Positions 13,880-27,433 are shown, counted from the first letter of the stretch. The stretch: DNA of 64,000 bases from Lama guanicoe (GCA_013239625.1 MU054212.1:7352270-7416269); one strand, 5' to 3'. The notes: generated by a model from the sequence alone, not told the origin. Translations and numbers: made by a program.

Positions 13880-16215
13880 TATTTTATTAAGTATAGTTGA
13901 TGTACAATATTATATTTTCAGGTATACAATATAGTGATTCAGTTTATAGTTTATACTACCTTTAAAGTTATTACAAAATAATGGCTCTAGTTCCCTGTGC
14001 GGTACAATATATCCCTGTTGCTTTTTTATTCGTTACATGGTTGTTTTTATCTCTTAATTGCATAGTGCTATCTTGCTCCCCACCTCCTTCCCTCTCCCTG
14101 CTGGTAACCATCTTATTGTTCATTTCCAAATTTGTTCTCCATTTATTATGTTTTTTCATTTTGTCAATGGCTTTTCTTTGCAAAAGCTTTTAACTTTAAT
14201 TAGGGATTTTTTTTTTTTTTGCTTTTATCTGTTTTTGCCTTAGGAGACAGATTCAAAAAAATATTGCTGTGAGTTATGAAGAGTGTTTTGCCTATGTACT
14301 CTTGTAGGAGTTTTATGGTCTCAGAACTTACATTTAGATCTTTAATCCTTTTTGAGTATGGTGTGAAGAAATATTCCAGTCTTGTTCATCTACATGTAGC
14401 TGACCAGTTTTCCCAGCACCACTTATTAAAAAGACTGTAATTCTCCATTTTATATTCTTGTCTCTTTTGTTGTAGATTAATTAACCATAAATGCATGCTC
14501 CCCCCCACCCCCACCCTGGGCTTTCTATTCTGTTCCGTTGATCTATGTGCCTATTTTTGAGCCAGTACCATGTTATTTTGATTACTGTAACTTTGTAGTG
14601 TAGTCTGAAGTCAAGGAGCTTGGTACCTCCAGCTTTGTTCTTTTTTCTCAAGATTGCTTTGGGAATTTGGTATTTTGTAGTTCTGTATAAATTGTAGGAT
14701 TATTTATTTTTCTGTGAAAAATGTCGAGTATTTTGATAGGAATTGCATTAAATCTATAGATTGCTTTGGGTAGTATGAACAGTTTAACAGTTTAAATTCT
14801 TCAAGAACATGGGGTATCTTTACGTTTCCTCAAATAATTTTCAAATTCTTTCATCAGGATGTTAATAGTTTTCAGGGTATATAGACCTTTCACCTCCTTG
14901 ATCAAGTTTATTCCTATGTATTTATTTGTCCTGATGCTATTTTAAAAGGGATTTTTTTTCCGCTTTCTCTTTCTGATCGTTCATTATTAGTGTATAAAAA
15001 AGCAACAAATTTCTGTTATTAATCTGTGTCCTGTAACTTTATTTCATTTTTTAGTTCTCATAGCTTTCTGGTGGAGACCAGGGCTTTCTATTTGTAGCAG
15101 CATGCCATCCACAAATAGTAACGATTTTGCTACTTTCTGATTTGAATGCCTTTTATTTCTTATCTGATTGCTGCAACTAGAACTTTCAACCTATATTAAA
15201 TAGAAATGATGAGAGTAGGAATCCTTGTTTTGTTCCTGATTTTAGAGGAAAGGCTTTCTGCTTTTCACTGTTGAGTATGTTACCTATGGATTGGTCATAA
15301 ATGGCCTTTATTATGTCGAGATATGTTCCTCTGTACCAAGTTTGATGAGAGATTTTAATCAGAATGGGTGCTGAATTTTAAGTGCTTTTTCCGTGTCTGT
15401 TGAGATGATCATGTAATTTTTATCCTTTATTTGCATAATGTGGTGTATCACATAGATGGATATGGAAGTACTGAACCATCCTTGCATCGTGGAGTAACTC
15501 CCACTCGATCATTGTGTATGATCCTTTTTATAAATTGTCGAATTTGGTATGCTTTGTTCTGCAGGGGATTTTTGCATCTATATTCATCAGAGATACTGGA
15601 TTGTAATTTTCTTTTTTTGTAGTTTTTATCTCGTTTTGGTATCAGGGTAATGGTGACCTGAATTTGGAAGTGTTCCATCCTCTTCAGTCTTTCGGAATAG
15701 TTTGAGAAGGGCAGGTATTAGCTGTTTGTATGTTTGGTAGAACCCCCCTGTGAAGTGATCTAGTTCTGGACTTCTGTTAGCTAGGAGCTTTTTTTTTTTT
15801 TTTAAATTACAAATTCAATTTCAGTACTAGTGATCAGTCCCTTCAGATTGTTTCTTCTTCCTGATTCAGTTTTGGCAGGTTGTATGTTTCTAGAAACTTG
15901 ACTATTTCTTCTAGTTTGTCCAATTTGTTGATAAATAACTGTAGTGTTTTTTGTATCACTGTGGTATATGTGCTTATTTATCCTCTTTCGTTTCTCATTT
16001 TGTTTATTTGGATCCTCTATTTTCCTCTGGATGAGCCTGGCTGAAGGTTTACCAGTTGTTGTTGTTTTAATTTTTACAAAAATCAGCTCTTCCTTTCTTT
16101 GATCCTTCCTAATTTTTAAAATCTCTGTTCTACTTATGTCGTCTCTGCTGTTGATTTCCTTCCTCCTGCTGCCACAGGCTTTGTTCTTTGTGTGGTTCCT
16201 TTAGAGAGTAGGTTA
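13880..16215 (-). mobile_element. L1 (3'UTR end + ORF2 RT region, internally deleted, 5'-truncated)
   Basis: 3' end 'aagtatagttgatgtacaatattatat...'. ORF-track fragments (ITLIPKRDKN..., [19 protein letters not shown]) match L1 ORF2p RT. Confidence 0.92.
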
Positions 16216-16299
16216 AAGACTGAAGAGAGATGGGAGAGCATGTAGAGAGAGTATGAGAATGAATATGTAAATATGGGGAGTTGGATTTTTTTAATTATG

Positions 16300-17080
16300 G
16301 AAGGGTTGGAGAATAATCATTGTGGAGAAGGGGAGAATGAGCTTATAGTAGAAATGTTCTCCTCTGCAGTTTTGTGTGCCGTTTGAAGCCAGCATTCATG
16401 AGTTTGTCGTGGAGCTGGTCTTGCACTATATGTGACTTTCTCCACTGCTCTTGGCTTCGCTGATGCAGCCACAAAGAAATTATATAGATGTATTCATCTA
16501 GGGTTGGGGCTTTGCCCAATGGCTGTGACAAAAAGATGATGCACCAGCGAATTAAGTTGTTAAGCTATTGGCAAGAGTTTTTTCAAATGATCACTGAAGA
16601 GATTTCATCTATACAATATAAAAGGGAAAGTATGGAGGTTTGGCAAAAAGAGAGGTCAAGGACGTCCTAATGAGTTCGAGTCATGGCTATCATTTGGGTA
16701 ATTGAACAGAAATATGAATATCAGGTGGAGAATGGGTGGTGACTGGTTGGAAAGACAGGTGGTTGGGTGAAGGAATGGGAGACTTGAATTTGTGCTTTTA
16801 GAGATATAGCACTGACAGATGATAAGAGCCAGGCTCCAACCATGATGTTGGAGGCTTAGCTGGAGGAGAGTCCCTGGACACGAGGAGGTCAAGAACCAGA
16901 GTGACCTGAGCATCCAGGACACTGACTGGGTGGTCCATGTTGTTGTTAATGTCACCGAGGATGACAGAATGTGAGGGTGTAGAGGAAGACGTAAAACCAG
17001 GTGCCTTAGTCTAAAATAAATGAAGGGGACTGGCCAGAACATTGGTAGATAATCACTACAGGGGTGAGAGAGGAATAAAG
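16300..17080 (-). mobile_element. LINE-2 ORF remnant
   Basis: Minus strand 'gagcagtggagaaagtcacatatagtgcaagaccagctccacgacaaactcatg' resembles the L2 ORF (WRKSH...W..FK). Highly diverged. Confidence 0.6.
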
Positions 17081-17989
17081 AATCGGTGAAATCTTGTGTT
17101 TTATTTGCATATTTCTTTGATTCTGGCTTTAAAATTCTAAATGTTCAAAAATGAACGGTTAGAAACTTGAGGTCTGTCAGATCCTCTTTGTCTTCTAAAT
17201 AAGCTTACACGAAGTAACTCATAAATGACCACAAGGAGCAGATGTACCCGTTAAAAATTACTACCTTTAAATTACAGTTATGATTTTTTGGTTAGAAGTA
17301 CATTGTAATTCTCCTCTGGGTCAGGAGTTGAAAATGAATTAAATAACTGAATCTTTTTTAATTTGTATTTTTCTCACACAGCCCTTTTTAAGTCTGAGCT
17401 CGTTTGTAAATACAAGCATTGTAGCCCTGCTAATTAAAACTTCTGTGGCAGACTTTGTGGCAGACGAGATAAGACTTCTGGACAGAAAAAACAGTAGTCT
17501 GGCCGAGGAGAGAAAGATCTGGAGATACTAACCCCTGTTTTATGAGCTGAATCATATTACCCCTTTCTAGAAATAAGAACAGAAACTCAGTTTTTGCAGG
17601 TCACTTGAGAAATTTGAGCTAACAGTTATGTTGCATATGAAGTGGGTCCACTAAAGTTAACTGGGATTTGAGTTACAAGGAGGGATCTAGAGAGAAAAAC
17701 CACAGACACATGCAGAGCACAGGATACAAATTTTTGTAACCCTTAGAAGGAGAGAAGTGAGACACAGGACCTGATACTTTGTTCCCAATGATTTTTCCCT
17801 GAGAAGAAGCCTCACTTCCTGTTCGTGGGTAGCTATGCAGATTTCCACAGTATACCAGACTGGAAAGCTGCCATATGGGCTGATGGGAGTCTTCATTTGT
17901 GTGAGTCTTCAGGAGAAAAGCTCCCACCTCAGCATCAGATACGTTCTTCTGAAATTTGTATACTTCTTTTTAGTTTTAAAAATACTTTC

Positions 17990-18860
17990 CTTAAAGTCGA
18001 ATTTGTTCTGTTGCATCATGGGAGGAAAAATCTCTAATTGATTGTTCCGTATATTCAATCAATTCTTTCAACATCATCTGTTGAATACTGTTTCCCCATT
18101 TGTTTGTGATGATTCCTTTGTTTATGACGTTTTTGTATTTATTACTATTTCAAAGCCTCATACATTTTATCACATTAATCTACCTGTTGACTTTTTTTTT
18201 GGTCAACCACACTATCATTAGTGAAGAATTGTGATCTGTATGTTTGATAACATAAAGGTGTATTGTTTCCAAAAATTTAATTTCTTCTTACTTGTTTGAT
18301 CAGCTACAGAAACTTTAAAATAAACTTCATCAGGTTACTGAAAAATTGCCAGTAAATTTTTATCTTAATTGCTTTAAACCTGTATATTAACTTGGAAATA
18401 TTTTATACTTTATAATATTATCTTTCTATGCAAAAATGTGGAATATTTTTCCTTTGGCTTCAAACACTTAAAAAAAATCTCTTAGCAAGATTGCACAGCC
18501 TTTTTTTCAAGAGTTCTTTACATTTTTCTTTGAGATATTCTAAGTTTTTAAAAAAATTTATTAAATATTTTCTACAGTCTAGTTTTTATTGCTTATAGGT
18601 AAAAAAACGCTATTAGTTGAGCATTTTTCTTGTGATTGTATATTTTGTTCTCATCTTAATTCTGTTTTGTAACTTATCCTCATGAATTCTCTAACATGAT
18701 CACATCAACTGAAAAAGGTAATTTTATTCTTTTCCAATAATTACGCTTTTTAATTTTGGTTTCATGGGTCTTATTTCATTGATCAAAATGTAAATGTATT
18801 AAATACTAGCGGCGATATGTGGATAGGCATTCTTCTCTTATTAATGATTTTAATAACTCC
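17990..18860 (-). mobile_element. Very old L1 ORF2 remnant (L1ME/L1M5-like)
   Basis: AT-rich antisense ORF2-like text, e.g. 'ttgctttaaacctgtatattaacttgg' and 'gatcacatcaactgaaaaaggtaattttattc'. Confidence 0.55.
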
Positions 18861-21800
18861 AGGACAATATTTCTGAAAAGTTACCCCATGGAACAATAGT
18901 CCCACAATACATCTGTGAAAATGAAATCCAAGAACTTCATAATTGGGGGAGCACTCTTTACTACATTGCCCCTCCTTTTCATTAGCAATTTGCCCTTTTC
19001 TGTCTTCTCAGAAATCTTCTATAAATATATATTTACTAGTAAGTGATATTGTACTTAATTTCATGCAGTTTTTTGGTGGGAGGGGAGGGGGACACAAAAA
19101 TTAGCTGATAGATTGTTCTCAAGACAAGCTAGGATGAGCTCATGAAAGCAAATTAGGAGTCCCTGTCACTTGGAGTTGACACAACTGATGGTTTCTTAAA
19201 CTGATGGTTTCTACACTTCAAAGTAGGGAATGAGATTTCCCCTTCCCCTTGTCGCAGACATCCTCAGTCTTCATGAATGATGATTTCAGACAGCACCTCT
19301 CACATGGTTTGTGGGAGAGGGCACGTGCAAGGAATACAGGCAGCACACCACTTTCCCACAGACCAGAGTCAGGACCAAAGATGTGTCTCTTTGTGTGCAA
19401 GCCCCGTTCTTTTCACAGAGCCTAGAGGAAGTTGAGGGGGACCTGAAATGATGCTACAGGGGGACCATAGCCCTCTGAGTTTGCCTCTTAATAAACCCAG
19501 GAGGCTGAGAGTAGTCTGACCTCAGTTTTTATAGCTTTCTTTAAAATGTGGGGTAATTTTTTCTCTTTACCTTCAACTGAGGGTTCTACTAGCCATTTCC
19601 CAGAAATAGAAAATGTTTACTCATCATTCCAAATATTAAATGTTTTCAAGGAACACTAAAATGTGTACTGTAAATAAGGAAAGGTGTTTTTTTTTTCAAT
19701 TAAAATATTTGATATTCAGTCTTAGTTTATTGGCAGAAACAAATGAAAAGATCTTTGAAAAGCTCTGCGAGAACCTGCAGGGTTTTTTGTAATTGAGAGC
19801 TTTGCAAGTAATCATCAGCTGATCGCAAAGACTCAAACAAATGGTCCTTTGAAACAGATTCCAGCTCTAGGATTATACGTTGCTGTGAAATGATGAGTGT
19901 AAACCATGTCACTTAATAATCCTTGTTATTTGGCTGACAATTAATTAGTGCTTTTCAAAGAATGACAAGTACTATAATGACTATGTGACATAAGGAAACT
20001 ATATCAAAAGGTGACAAAGCCATCGTGACATGATTGCTCCCTTAGTGTGGTTCAAAGACAGCGAGGCAACCATGAAAATAAATAACTTCATCGGAGATTG
20101 AAAGGATAAATGCCATTTGGTTTACTCTGCTGCTCCAATTTGTTTTAGTATTCCTCAGGATTATACTTTGAGCACTACTGATTCGTGTGTTTTACTTTAT
20201 CTTACTTTAAAAGATTTTAAGGTATCTTACGGCATAGTAAAGATAAAGGGAAAAAGAAAACAGAGGAGAAGTGAAGTAAAAGTTTGTTAGATGATTTCTG
20301 GAAAGTGTCATTAAACAGGGCCCCAAAGGCATGCCATAAAGTGCTTTAAGGGAACTATGACACAAACACCAAAAAGTGCATGATTTAAAGGATTCATAAT
20401 TTATATCAATCAGTTCCTATGGGAAGCAAAATTATATCTGATACTGCGAGCTGACACTCATTAGTGCTCAGAGGGCACTTTTTTATTGTAAAGAACAAAG
20501 TACTAGCTCATTATCATTAGAGTAAACATGGTAAAGAATTTCATAAGACTATGACAAATTGTGACATTTTAAACTAAGAGCACATTCAACTAACACTGTA
20601 TCCTTCTTCACGCAGTACACAAACCATTTAAAAGAGTATTCTTAACTCCACCCTGCAGACCTTATGACAGATTGTTACTCATTTCATTTAGCCATTTGTT
20701 GTGATGACTTGATACATTATTGCTATTATTTTAAACTATTATCTTTTAGTTTAAGATAAAAAATTATTTTACTTTCAATTATTCCTTCTCTAGTACTCTT
20801 CCTTTCTTTTTCTAGATCTAGATTTCTGACCCTGTGTAATTTCCCTTTCCTTGAAGAACTTTTAACATTTCTTAAAGACTGGTTGGCTGGTGATGATTTG
20901 CATCAGTTTTTGGTTTAATTTTTCCTGAGAAAGTCTTTATTTCTTCATTATTGAAGAAAAATTTTCCTGGATATAAAAATTGTAGGTTGAATTTGTTTTC
21001 TTTCAAAATGAAACATTTCACCCACTATCTTCTTGTTTGCATGGCTTCTGATGAGAAGTCTGCTTCAATTATTGTCTTGTTCCTATACAGATAAGTTACT
21101 TCTGTACCTCCCTGGCTTATTTCAAGAATTTCTTTTCCTTTGGTTTTCATGACTTTGGATATGCCTGCCTACCTGTAGTTTTGTTCACTTGTTTGATTTT
21201 TATTAGAGTTTATTTTTTAAAGCAGCTTTAGGGTCACAGCAATTTTTTAGCAAAAGATAGAGATTTCCCACTGATCCCCTGTCCACACACATGCACAGTC
21301 TCTCCCATGTCCACATCCCCCAGTTGGAGATGCATTTGTTACAACTGTGAACATCTTAATCACCTGCAGTCCATAATTTACATTAGACTTCACACTTGGT
21401 GGTGTACATTCTATGTGTTTGGACAAATTTATAGCATGTATCCACCATTAGAGTATCACACAGAGGAGTTTCCCTATTAAAAAGCCCTAAAAGTCCTCTG
21501 TGCTTCACCTGTCACCCCCTCTCTTCCTCCTAATCCCCGGCAACTGATACTTATAGTCGGTCAATAATTTCCCTTTTCTAGAATGTCATGTAGTTGGAAT
21601 CGTATAGTATGTAGCCTTCTCAGATGGGCTTCTTTCACTAGTAACGTGCATTCACATTTCTTCATGTCTCTTCAGGGCTTGAAGGCTCATTTCCTTTTAG
21701 TGCTGAATAACATTCCATTGTCCGGAGTATCACAATTTCTCCATTCACATACTGAAGAACATCTTGTTTGCTTCCAGGTTTTGGCAGTTATGATAAAACT

Positions 21801-23756
21801 GCCATAAACATCTGTGTGCAGATTCTGCATGGACTTAAGTTTTCAGTTCCTTTGGGTGCATACCTAGGAGCCTGACTACTGAATTGTAGGTAAGATGTGT
21901 TTAGTTTTGTAACAGATTGTCAAACTGTCTTCCAAAGTGACTATACTGTTCTGCATCCCACTGGCAATGAATGACAGCTCCTGTTGCTCCTCATCCTTGT
22001 CAGCATTTGGTGTTGTCAGTGTTCTAGATTTTGGTCATTTTAAAAGTGCTTAGTGGTATCTCATTGTTTTAATTTCAGTTTTCTAACAATGTATAACATG
22101 GAGTGTATTTCGTATGCTTATATGTCATCTGCATTATCTTCTTTGGTGAAATATCTCTTAAGATCTTTGCCTCAACTTTTTAAATTGAGTTCCTTGTTTT
22201 GTTGATTTTATGAGTTCTTCATATAGTTTGGCTAAAAAGTTCTTTATCAGATATATCATTTGCAATCTTTTTCTTCTAATTTATGGATTGCCTTTTCAGT
22301 CTGTTGACAATGCCTTTCATGTTGCAGAGTTTTAAATTTTTAATGGAATCTAGCTTATTGGTTATTTCTTCCATGTATTATGTCTTTGGAATTGTATCTA
22401 ATAAGTCATCAGCTGTCCAAGGTCGCCTAGATTTTCTCCTCTGTTACCTTCTCGGAGTTGTATGTTTTCATTTTACGTTTAGATCTATGATCATTTTCAA
22501 TTAATGTTTGTGAAATCTGTGTCTAGATTTTTTTTTAAACACATGGATATCCAGTTTTTCCGGCACCACAAGTTGAAAAGACAATCTTTTCACTATTGTA
22601 TTGCCTTTACTTCTTTGTCAAAGACCATTTGACTGAGGCACTTAATTCTGAGCTCTATTGTTTTATTTGTCTGTTCTTTTAGCAATATCACACTGTCTTG
22701 AATACTGTAGCTTTATAAATCTTAAAGTCAAGTGGTATCATTCTAATAACATTGTTCTTAAATACTGTGTTGGCTATTCTAGATTTTTGCCTTTCCATTA
22801 AAAACCTTTGGGATCAGTTTGTTAATGTCCATAAAAGAACTTGCTGGGATGTTGCTCAAGCTGGGAAAAACTGACATGTTGACTCTATTGAACTGTCTTT
22901 TCCATGGACATAACATCTCTCTCCATTTATTTAGTTCTTTAATCCTTCCATCAGAGTTTAGCAGGTCTCCTCAAATAGAATTTGAACATGTTTTTGTTAG
23001 ATTTGTGCCTAAATGTTTCATTTTGGGGAGGCTAATAAATGATAGTGTTTTTATTTTCAAATTCTACTAATTTGTTGACTTTTGTATATTAATGTTATAT
23101 GCTGAAACCTTGCGGTGATCACTGAATAGTTTTAGTGGTATTTTTGCAGATTCCTCCATAGACGATCATGTCACCTGCAAATCATTTCCTCTTCCTTCCC
23201 GACTTGTATACCTTTTATTTCCCTTCCTCGCCTTATTGTATTAGCAAATAATTCTAGTAAAATGTTGAAAAGGAGCGGTGAGAGGGGACATCCTCACCTT
23301 GAACCGAATCTTCTGGGAAAGCCACAAGTTTTCTGACCACTGAATATAATGTTTGCTGTTGGCTCTTTGTGGACAGTCTTTATCAAGTTGAGAAGTTTCC
23401 CTCTATTCTCAGGTTACTAAGAGTTACATGTGAATGAGTGCTAAATTTTGTCCAGTGTTTTTTCTGCTTCTATTTATACGATCATGTAAATTTTTTTTAG
23501 TCTCTTGATGTGATTGATTACAGTAATTCTTCCTTGTGTGATTTCTGAGAAATTGGATGTCATTCTTAAATTTGTTCCTCTGTAGATAAGTTTCTCCCCT
23601 GTACCCCAGCTTCTTTTAGGATTTTTAAAATAATCTTTGATGTTTCTGTATTTAATGATAATATGCCTTGGTATAGTTTTTTTTGGCATTTATCCTGCTT
23701 GAGCTCTGAACTTCCTGGATCTGCGGACATTAATTTGGAGACATTTTCAGTCATCC

Positions 23757-23890
23757 TTTTTTTCTCTTTTTTTCTTTAAGTATAGTTGATTTACAGTGTT
23801 CTGTTTTGGTGTACAGCATAGCACTTATAATAACCTATAATGAAAAAGTATGTGAAAATATAAATGTATAAATACATATATATATATTAC
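23757..23890 (-). mobile_element. Short 5'-inverted (twin-primed) L1 3'-end insertion
   Basis: Poly(T) plus the antisense L1 terminus to ~23821, then the adjacent 3'UTR segment in the opposite orientation. TSD-like tcagtcatcctt (23747-23758) / tctgtcattctt (23891-23902). Confidence 0.7.
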
Positions 23891-24365
23891 TCTGTCATTC
23901 TTGTTTCAGATATTCCTTCTGGTCCTTTTTTTTCTTTCTTCTTCTCTGGCATTTCTATTATGTATGTGTTTAAACTTTGTTGTAGTCTCACAGTCTTTGG
24001 ATAGTCTGTCCTGATTTTCAGTCTGTCCTCTTTGCTTTTTGGTTTTCAAGAATTCTGTTGATACATCCTCCAGCTCAGATTCTTTCTTCAGCCATTTCCC
24101 AGTCTACTAATAAACCTATCGGACATTCTTCATTGCTGTTACAGTATTTTCTTTTTACCTCTAGTAATTCTTTTTGGTGTTTTCTTAGGCTCTTCCTCTC
24201 TCTGCTTACATTGTCCATCTGTTCTTATAGTCCATCTACTTTATCAATTAAAACCTTAAGCTGATTAATCACTGTTTTAAATTCCCTGTCTGATAAATCC
24301 AAGGTCCCTGCCATGTCTGGTAATGATGCTTGCTCTGTCTTTTCAAACTCTGGGTTTTATTTAAC

Positions 24366-24453
24366 TTTTTTTTTCTTATGGAGGTACCGGGGGTTAAGCC
24401 CAGGACCTTGTGCGTGCTAAGCATGTACTCTACCACTGAGCTATACCCTCCCC
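24366..24453 (-). mobile_element. tRNA-derived SINE (camelid Vic-1 type)
   Basis: The reverse complement reads GGGGAGGGTATAGCTCAGTGGTAGAG...GGTCCTGGGCTTAACCCCCGGTACCTCCA + A tail. Degenerate TSD aaactctgggtttt / aaactatgtggtttt. Confidence 0.9.
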
Positions 24454-26581
24454 TCTAAAACTATGTGGTTTTCTTTTTGCTTTTTAGTATGTATTGCTAA
24501 CTTTGTCTTAATAGCTGGACCTGATTTACTGCATAAAAGGAACTGTTGTAAATAGACCTTTGATGTGGTGGTGAGGTGTGGGGGGCGGGGAAGCCTCCCA
24601 TAGTCTGTGATCCGGTCTCAGTCTTTAGTGAGCCTGGGCCTCTGGACTATGAATGTCACATTTGCTTCTCAGATTTCTCCCCTCTTTGGTGGGACTGGAT
24701 TGCTGGAGTGGCTCTGTTTAGGCTCTGATGAAACCGCAGCAAGCTAGGATCTGGTGAAATTGTTTCTTCCTGAGGGCAGATCTGATGAAGAACAGGATGC
24801 TCTGGTATATTTCAAAGTGATCCCCTTCCCCTTCCCCTGCTGGAGGCTCAAGGGGAATTTTCTCTGAATTGTGAGGACCTGGTAGATCTGGCGACAGAAC
24901 TCACCAAAAGTGTGCGGTGTCCCCTTATGACTGCATCCCCCTGGAGTTCTTCACTCTCAGACGTGTTCACACTGAGCCTCTAGCAATTCGTTAATTGCAG
25001 TTAAGGCTTCTCTCCCCTGGCGCTGGTTCCTGCCAAGTTTCTGCCCACGGGGTTCTGCTGCAGTTGGTTGTGATTCTCTGTTCTCATTGTTGGGGTCTCC
25101 AGATTGGGGGCAGTGGTTTGCACCATGACCTCACTTCTCTTAAGGATCTAAGCCTTGTTGATTTTTTCAGTTTGTTCAGCTTTTCACTTATTGTTAGCAT
25201 GGGGTGGCAACTTCTTAAGCTTCTTATATGATGAGCCAGAAGACCCTTGTAGGTTTTTTTTTCTTCATGTTTTTCTGCTTGATAACCTGCAGTTTCTGTA
25301 CTCCTGTAGGTGAGCCATGTGTATTTGAAGCTTTTGGCTGTCATTAGTTTTGAAAAGTTCTGAGCGATCATTAATACAGATATTTCTTCTGCTTCATTCT
25401 CTTCTCCTTCTGTTGCTCTAACTACGCATATGTTACAACTTTTTAAATTGTCCCACATTTCCTAGATGTTTTGTCTGTTAAATATTGTATTTTTTTCTTT
25501 GTATTTCAGTTTGAGAAGGTAGTTATCCTATCTCTGAGCTCACTTTTTTTCCCCTCGTCTGTATCCAGTCTACCGATGAGCCCAGCAAAACCTGCTCCAT
25601 TTCTGTTAGTGTTTTTTATTTCAAGCATTAATTTTTATTTTGTCTTAAGAGTTTCCATCTCTCTGTTGACATTTCCTATCTGTTCTTTCTTGTTTCCTTT
25701 TTCGTCCATTAGAGTCCTTAACATATTGATCAGTTATTTTAAATTCCCCATCTGATCGTTTTAACATCTGTACTGTGTGAGCCTGGCTCTGATGCTTACT
25801 TTGCCTCTGCAGATTGTGTGTGTGCTTGATGATTTGCATGCCTTGTAATTTTTTGTTGAAAGTCAGGCATGTTTTATTGGGTAATGGGAACTGAAGTAAA
25901 TGGGCTTTCTGTGTGAGGATTTACGTTCCTATGTCAAGGCATTGGGCTGTGTTTTAATGTTTGCTGTAGCTGTGGGTGTCAGAGGCTTCAGATTCCCCCA
26001 GTGCCCTTATTTTTTGTTTTCCTTTCCTCTTGATTTTGGCTTTGAGTTGTTTTTAGACTGTGCATCCTGTAGTTTGCTTAGCTGTAATCCACTGCTATTA
26101 TACTGACACCCTGTTGGTGGCATGGTTCTATCATGTTATAATTAAACCTCAGTCTCTTAGTGGGACTGGAGAACAGATCCCCAGCAAGCGTTTATTTAAT
26201 CAATGAGTACATGAAACTAAGTGTAGGAAGGTGAAGCAGCAGAAAACAGATTTGAAGTAAGATAACAAACTGGTTTTGAATGCTTTCTGATGATCATGCT
26301 CTTCCAGGACACGTGAGGAAAGAGTGGATAGAAAGGAAAAAAGCCTAAGGAAAGAAGGGCAATGATGATGATATGCAGAATTGTAGCAGCCACTTGCCTA
26401 CCAAAGGGGAAAAACAAAACTAATGCAGTTATTTGGGGGCATTTGGAACTGAGAATGAAATTAAGGTTGCTGTAAGTTAAGCTTAACTTGGTTCTTTGCT
26501 CCCAGCCCTATGCCCACCCCCTCACACCTTTTGACCCCCTTCCAATTTGTCCTCCATTGTGCATTCAGAATTTTCCAGAAC

Positions 26582-26693
26582 GGGGAGGGTATAGCTTAGT
26601 GGTAGAGTGCTTTCCTAGTATGCACAAGGTCCTGGGTTCAAACCCTAGCACCTCCATTAAAAATAAATCAGTAAAAAAAAAAATAATAATTTC
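26582..26693 (+). mobile_element. tRNA-derived SINE (camelid Vic-1 type) with perfect 16-bp TSD
   Basis: A box (tagcttagtgg), B box (ggttcaaacc) and A-rich tail. TSD tcagaattttccagaa at 26565-26580 and 26694-26709. Confidence 0.93.
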
Positions 26694-26709
26694 TCAGAAT
26701 TTTCCAGAA

Positions 26710-27110
26710 TATAAATGTGGTTATATAATTTTCCTGCTTAAAAAAAAAAAAACTCTGAATTTCTATCACCTAAAATGAATAATTTCATTTTGACATTCAA
26801 AGCCAATTTACTATCTTGTCTTAAAATTTTTTTTTCTGGTCTCATCTCGGGTCATCCCTCAAACGTGTCCTCCAGTTAAAAATCTTGGCGATTCCAACGT
26901 AAGTCACGTACTTCACACTTCCTGCAGCTACAACACCTTATTTTGCTTGAGCCCCTGTGCATCTCTTTAAACTCAGCTCCCTTCCTGTGTAACGACTTTA
27001 CTGAACAGTCCCTCCCTGTGGCAGGTTCCATTTGCTCTTTGCACTATTTTATTATTTAACATTTTGTAGTAGAAAAAGGAATTTATACATTTTTCATTGC
27101 TTCCTGTGGG
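26710..27110 (+). mobile_element. L2 3' region fragment
   Basis: 'cctgcttaaaa...ctctgaatttctatcacc...tgacattcaaagcc' is L2-like. Heavily diverged. Confidence 0.45.
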
Positions 27111-27189
27111 CAGCTGTCCCGTTAAGGGCCTCTGCTGGCTGAGGAGTGTGGGAGAGGGGGTGTGACAAGCACTGTCCCTGGCTGGAGTG

Positions 27190-27410
27190 CAGACCAGAGC
27201 CTCAGCTGCCTGCATCAGAAAGCCCTGTTCTAGCTCAGACTCTGCGTAATTTTTTTGTCTAGTTACCTCACCTCGATGCCTTGGTTTCCTCAACTATAAA
27301 ATGATAAATGATGATAATGAAACCTAACCCGCTGTGTCCTTGTGAGGATTAAATGCGTCCGCCTTTAGAAGAGCGTTGGACACATGAGCACATGGTAACC
27401 ATTTGCTCCA
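27190..27410 (+). mobile_element. MIR SINE
   Basis: Core 'gccttggtttcctcaactataaaatgataaatgatgataat...ttgtgaggattaaatg'. Confidence 0.8.
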
Positions 27411-27433
27411 TTCCTGACACGGGGCTCAGGAAT

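Larger units (their letters stand above)
21200..25240 (-). mobile_element. L1MC/L1MD-like element with both ends present, internally deleted (ORF2 RT joined to ORF1 at ~23520)
   Basis: 3' end 'ttattttttaaagcagctttagggtcacagca...cacacatgcacagtctctccc'. ORF1 peptide TIPRHIIIK...KLIYRGTNLRMTSNFSE. 5'UTR at 24480-25240. Confidence 0.85.
20640..26170 (-). mobile_element. Host old L1 (inter-ORF/ORF1/5'UTR), split into 20640-21190 and 25245-26170 by a nested L1
   Basis: Antisense ORF1 text breaks at 'ggatatgcctgcctacctgtagtttt' (~21158-21183) and resumes at 'cttgtaggtttttt' (~25246). Confidence 0.65.

Noticed and set aside
26582..26655. tRNA gene calls for the tRNA-Ala-like heads (also 24380-24453, 31192-31268, 56540-56613)
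   Set aside because: They have A-rich tails, TSDs and mutually divergent stems, so they are SINE copies rather than tRNA genes.
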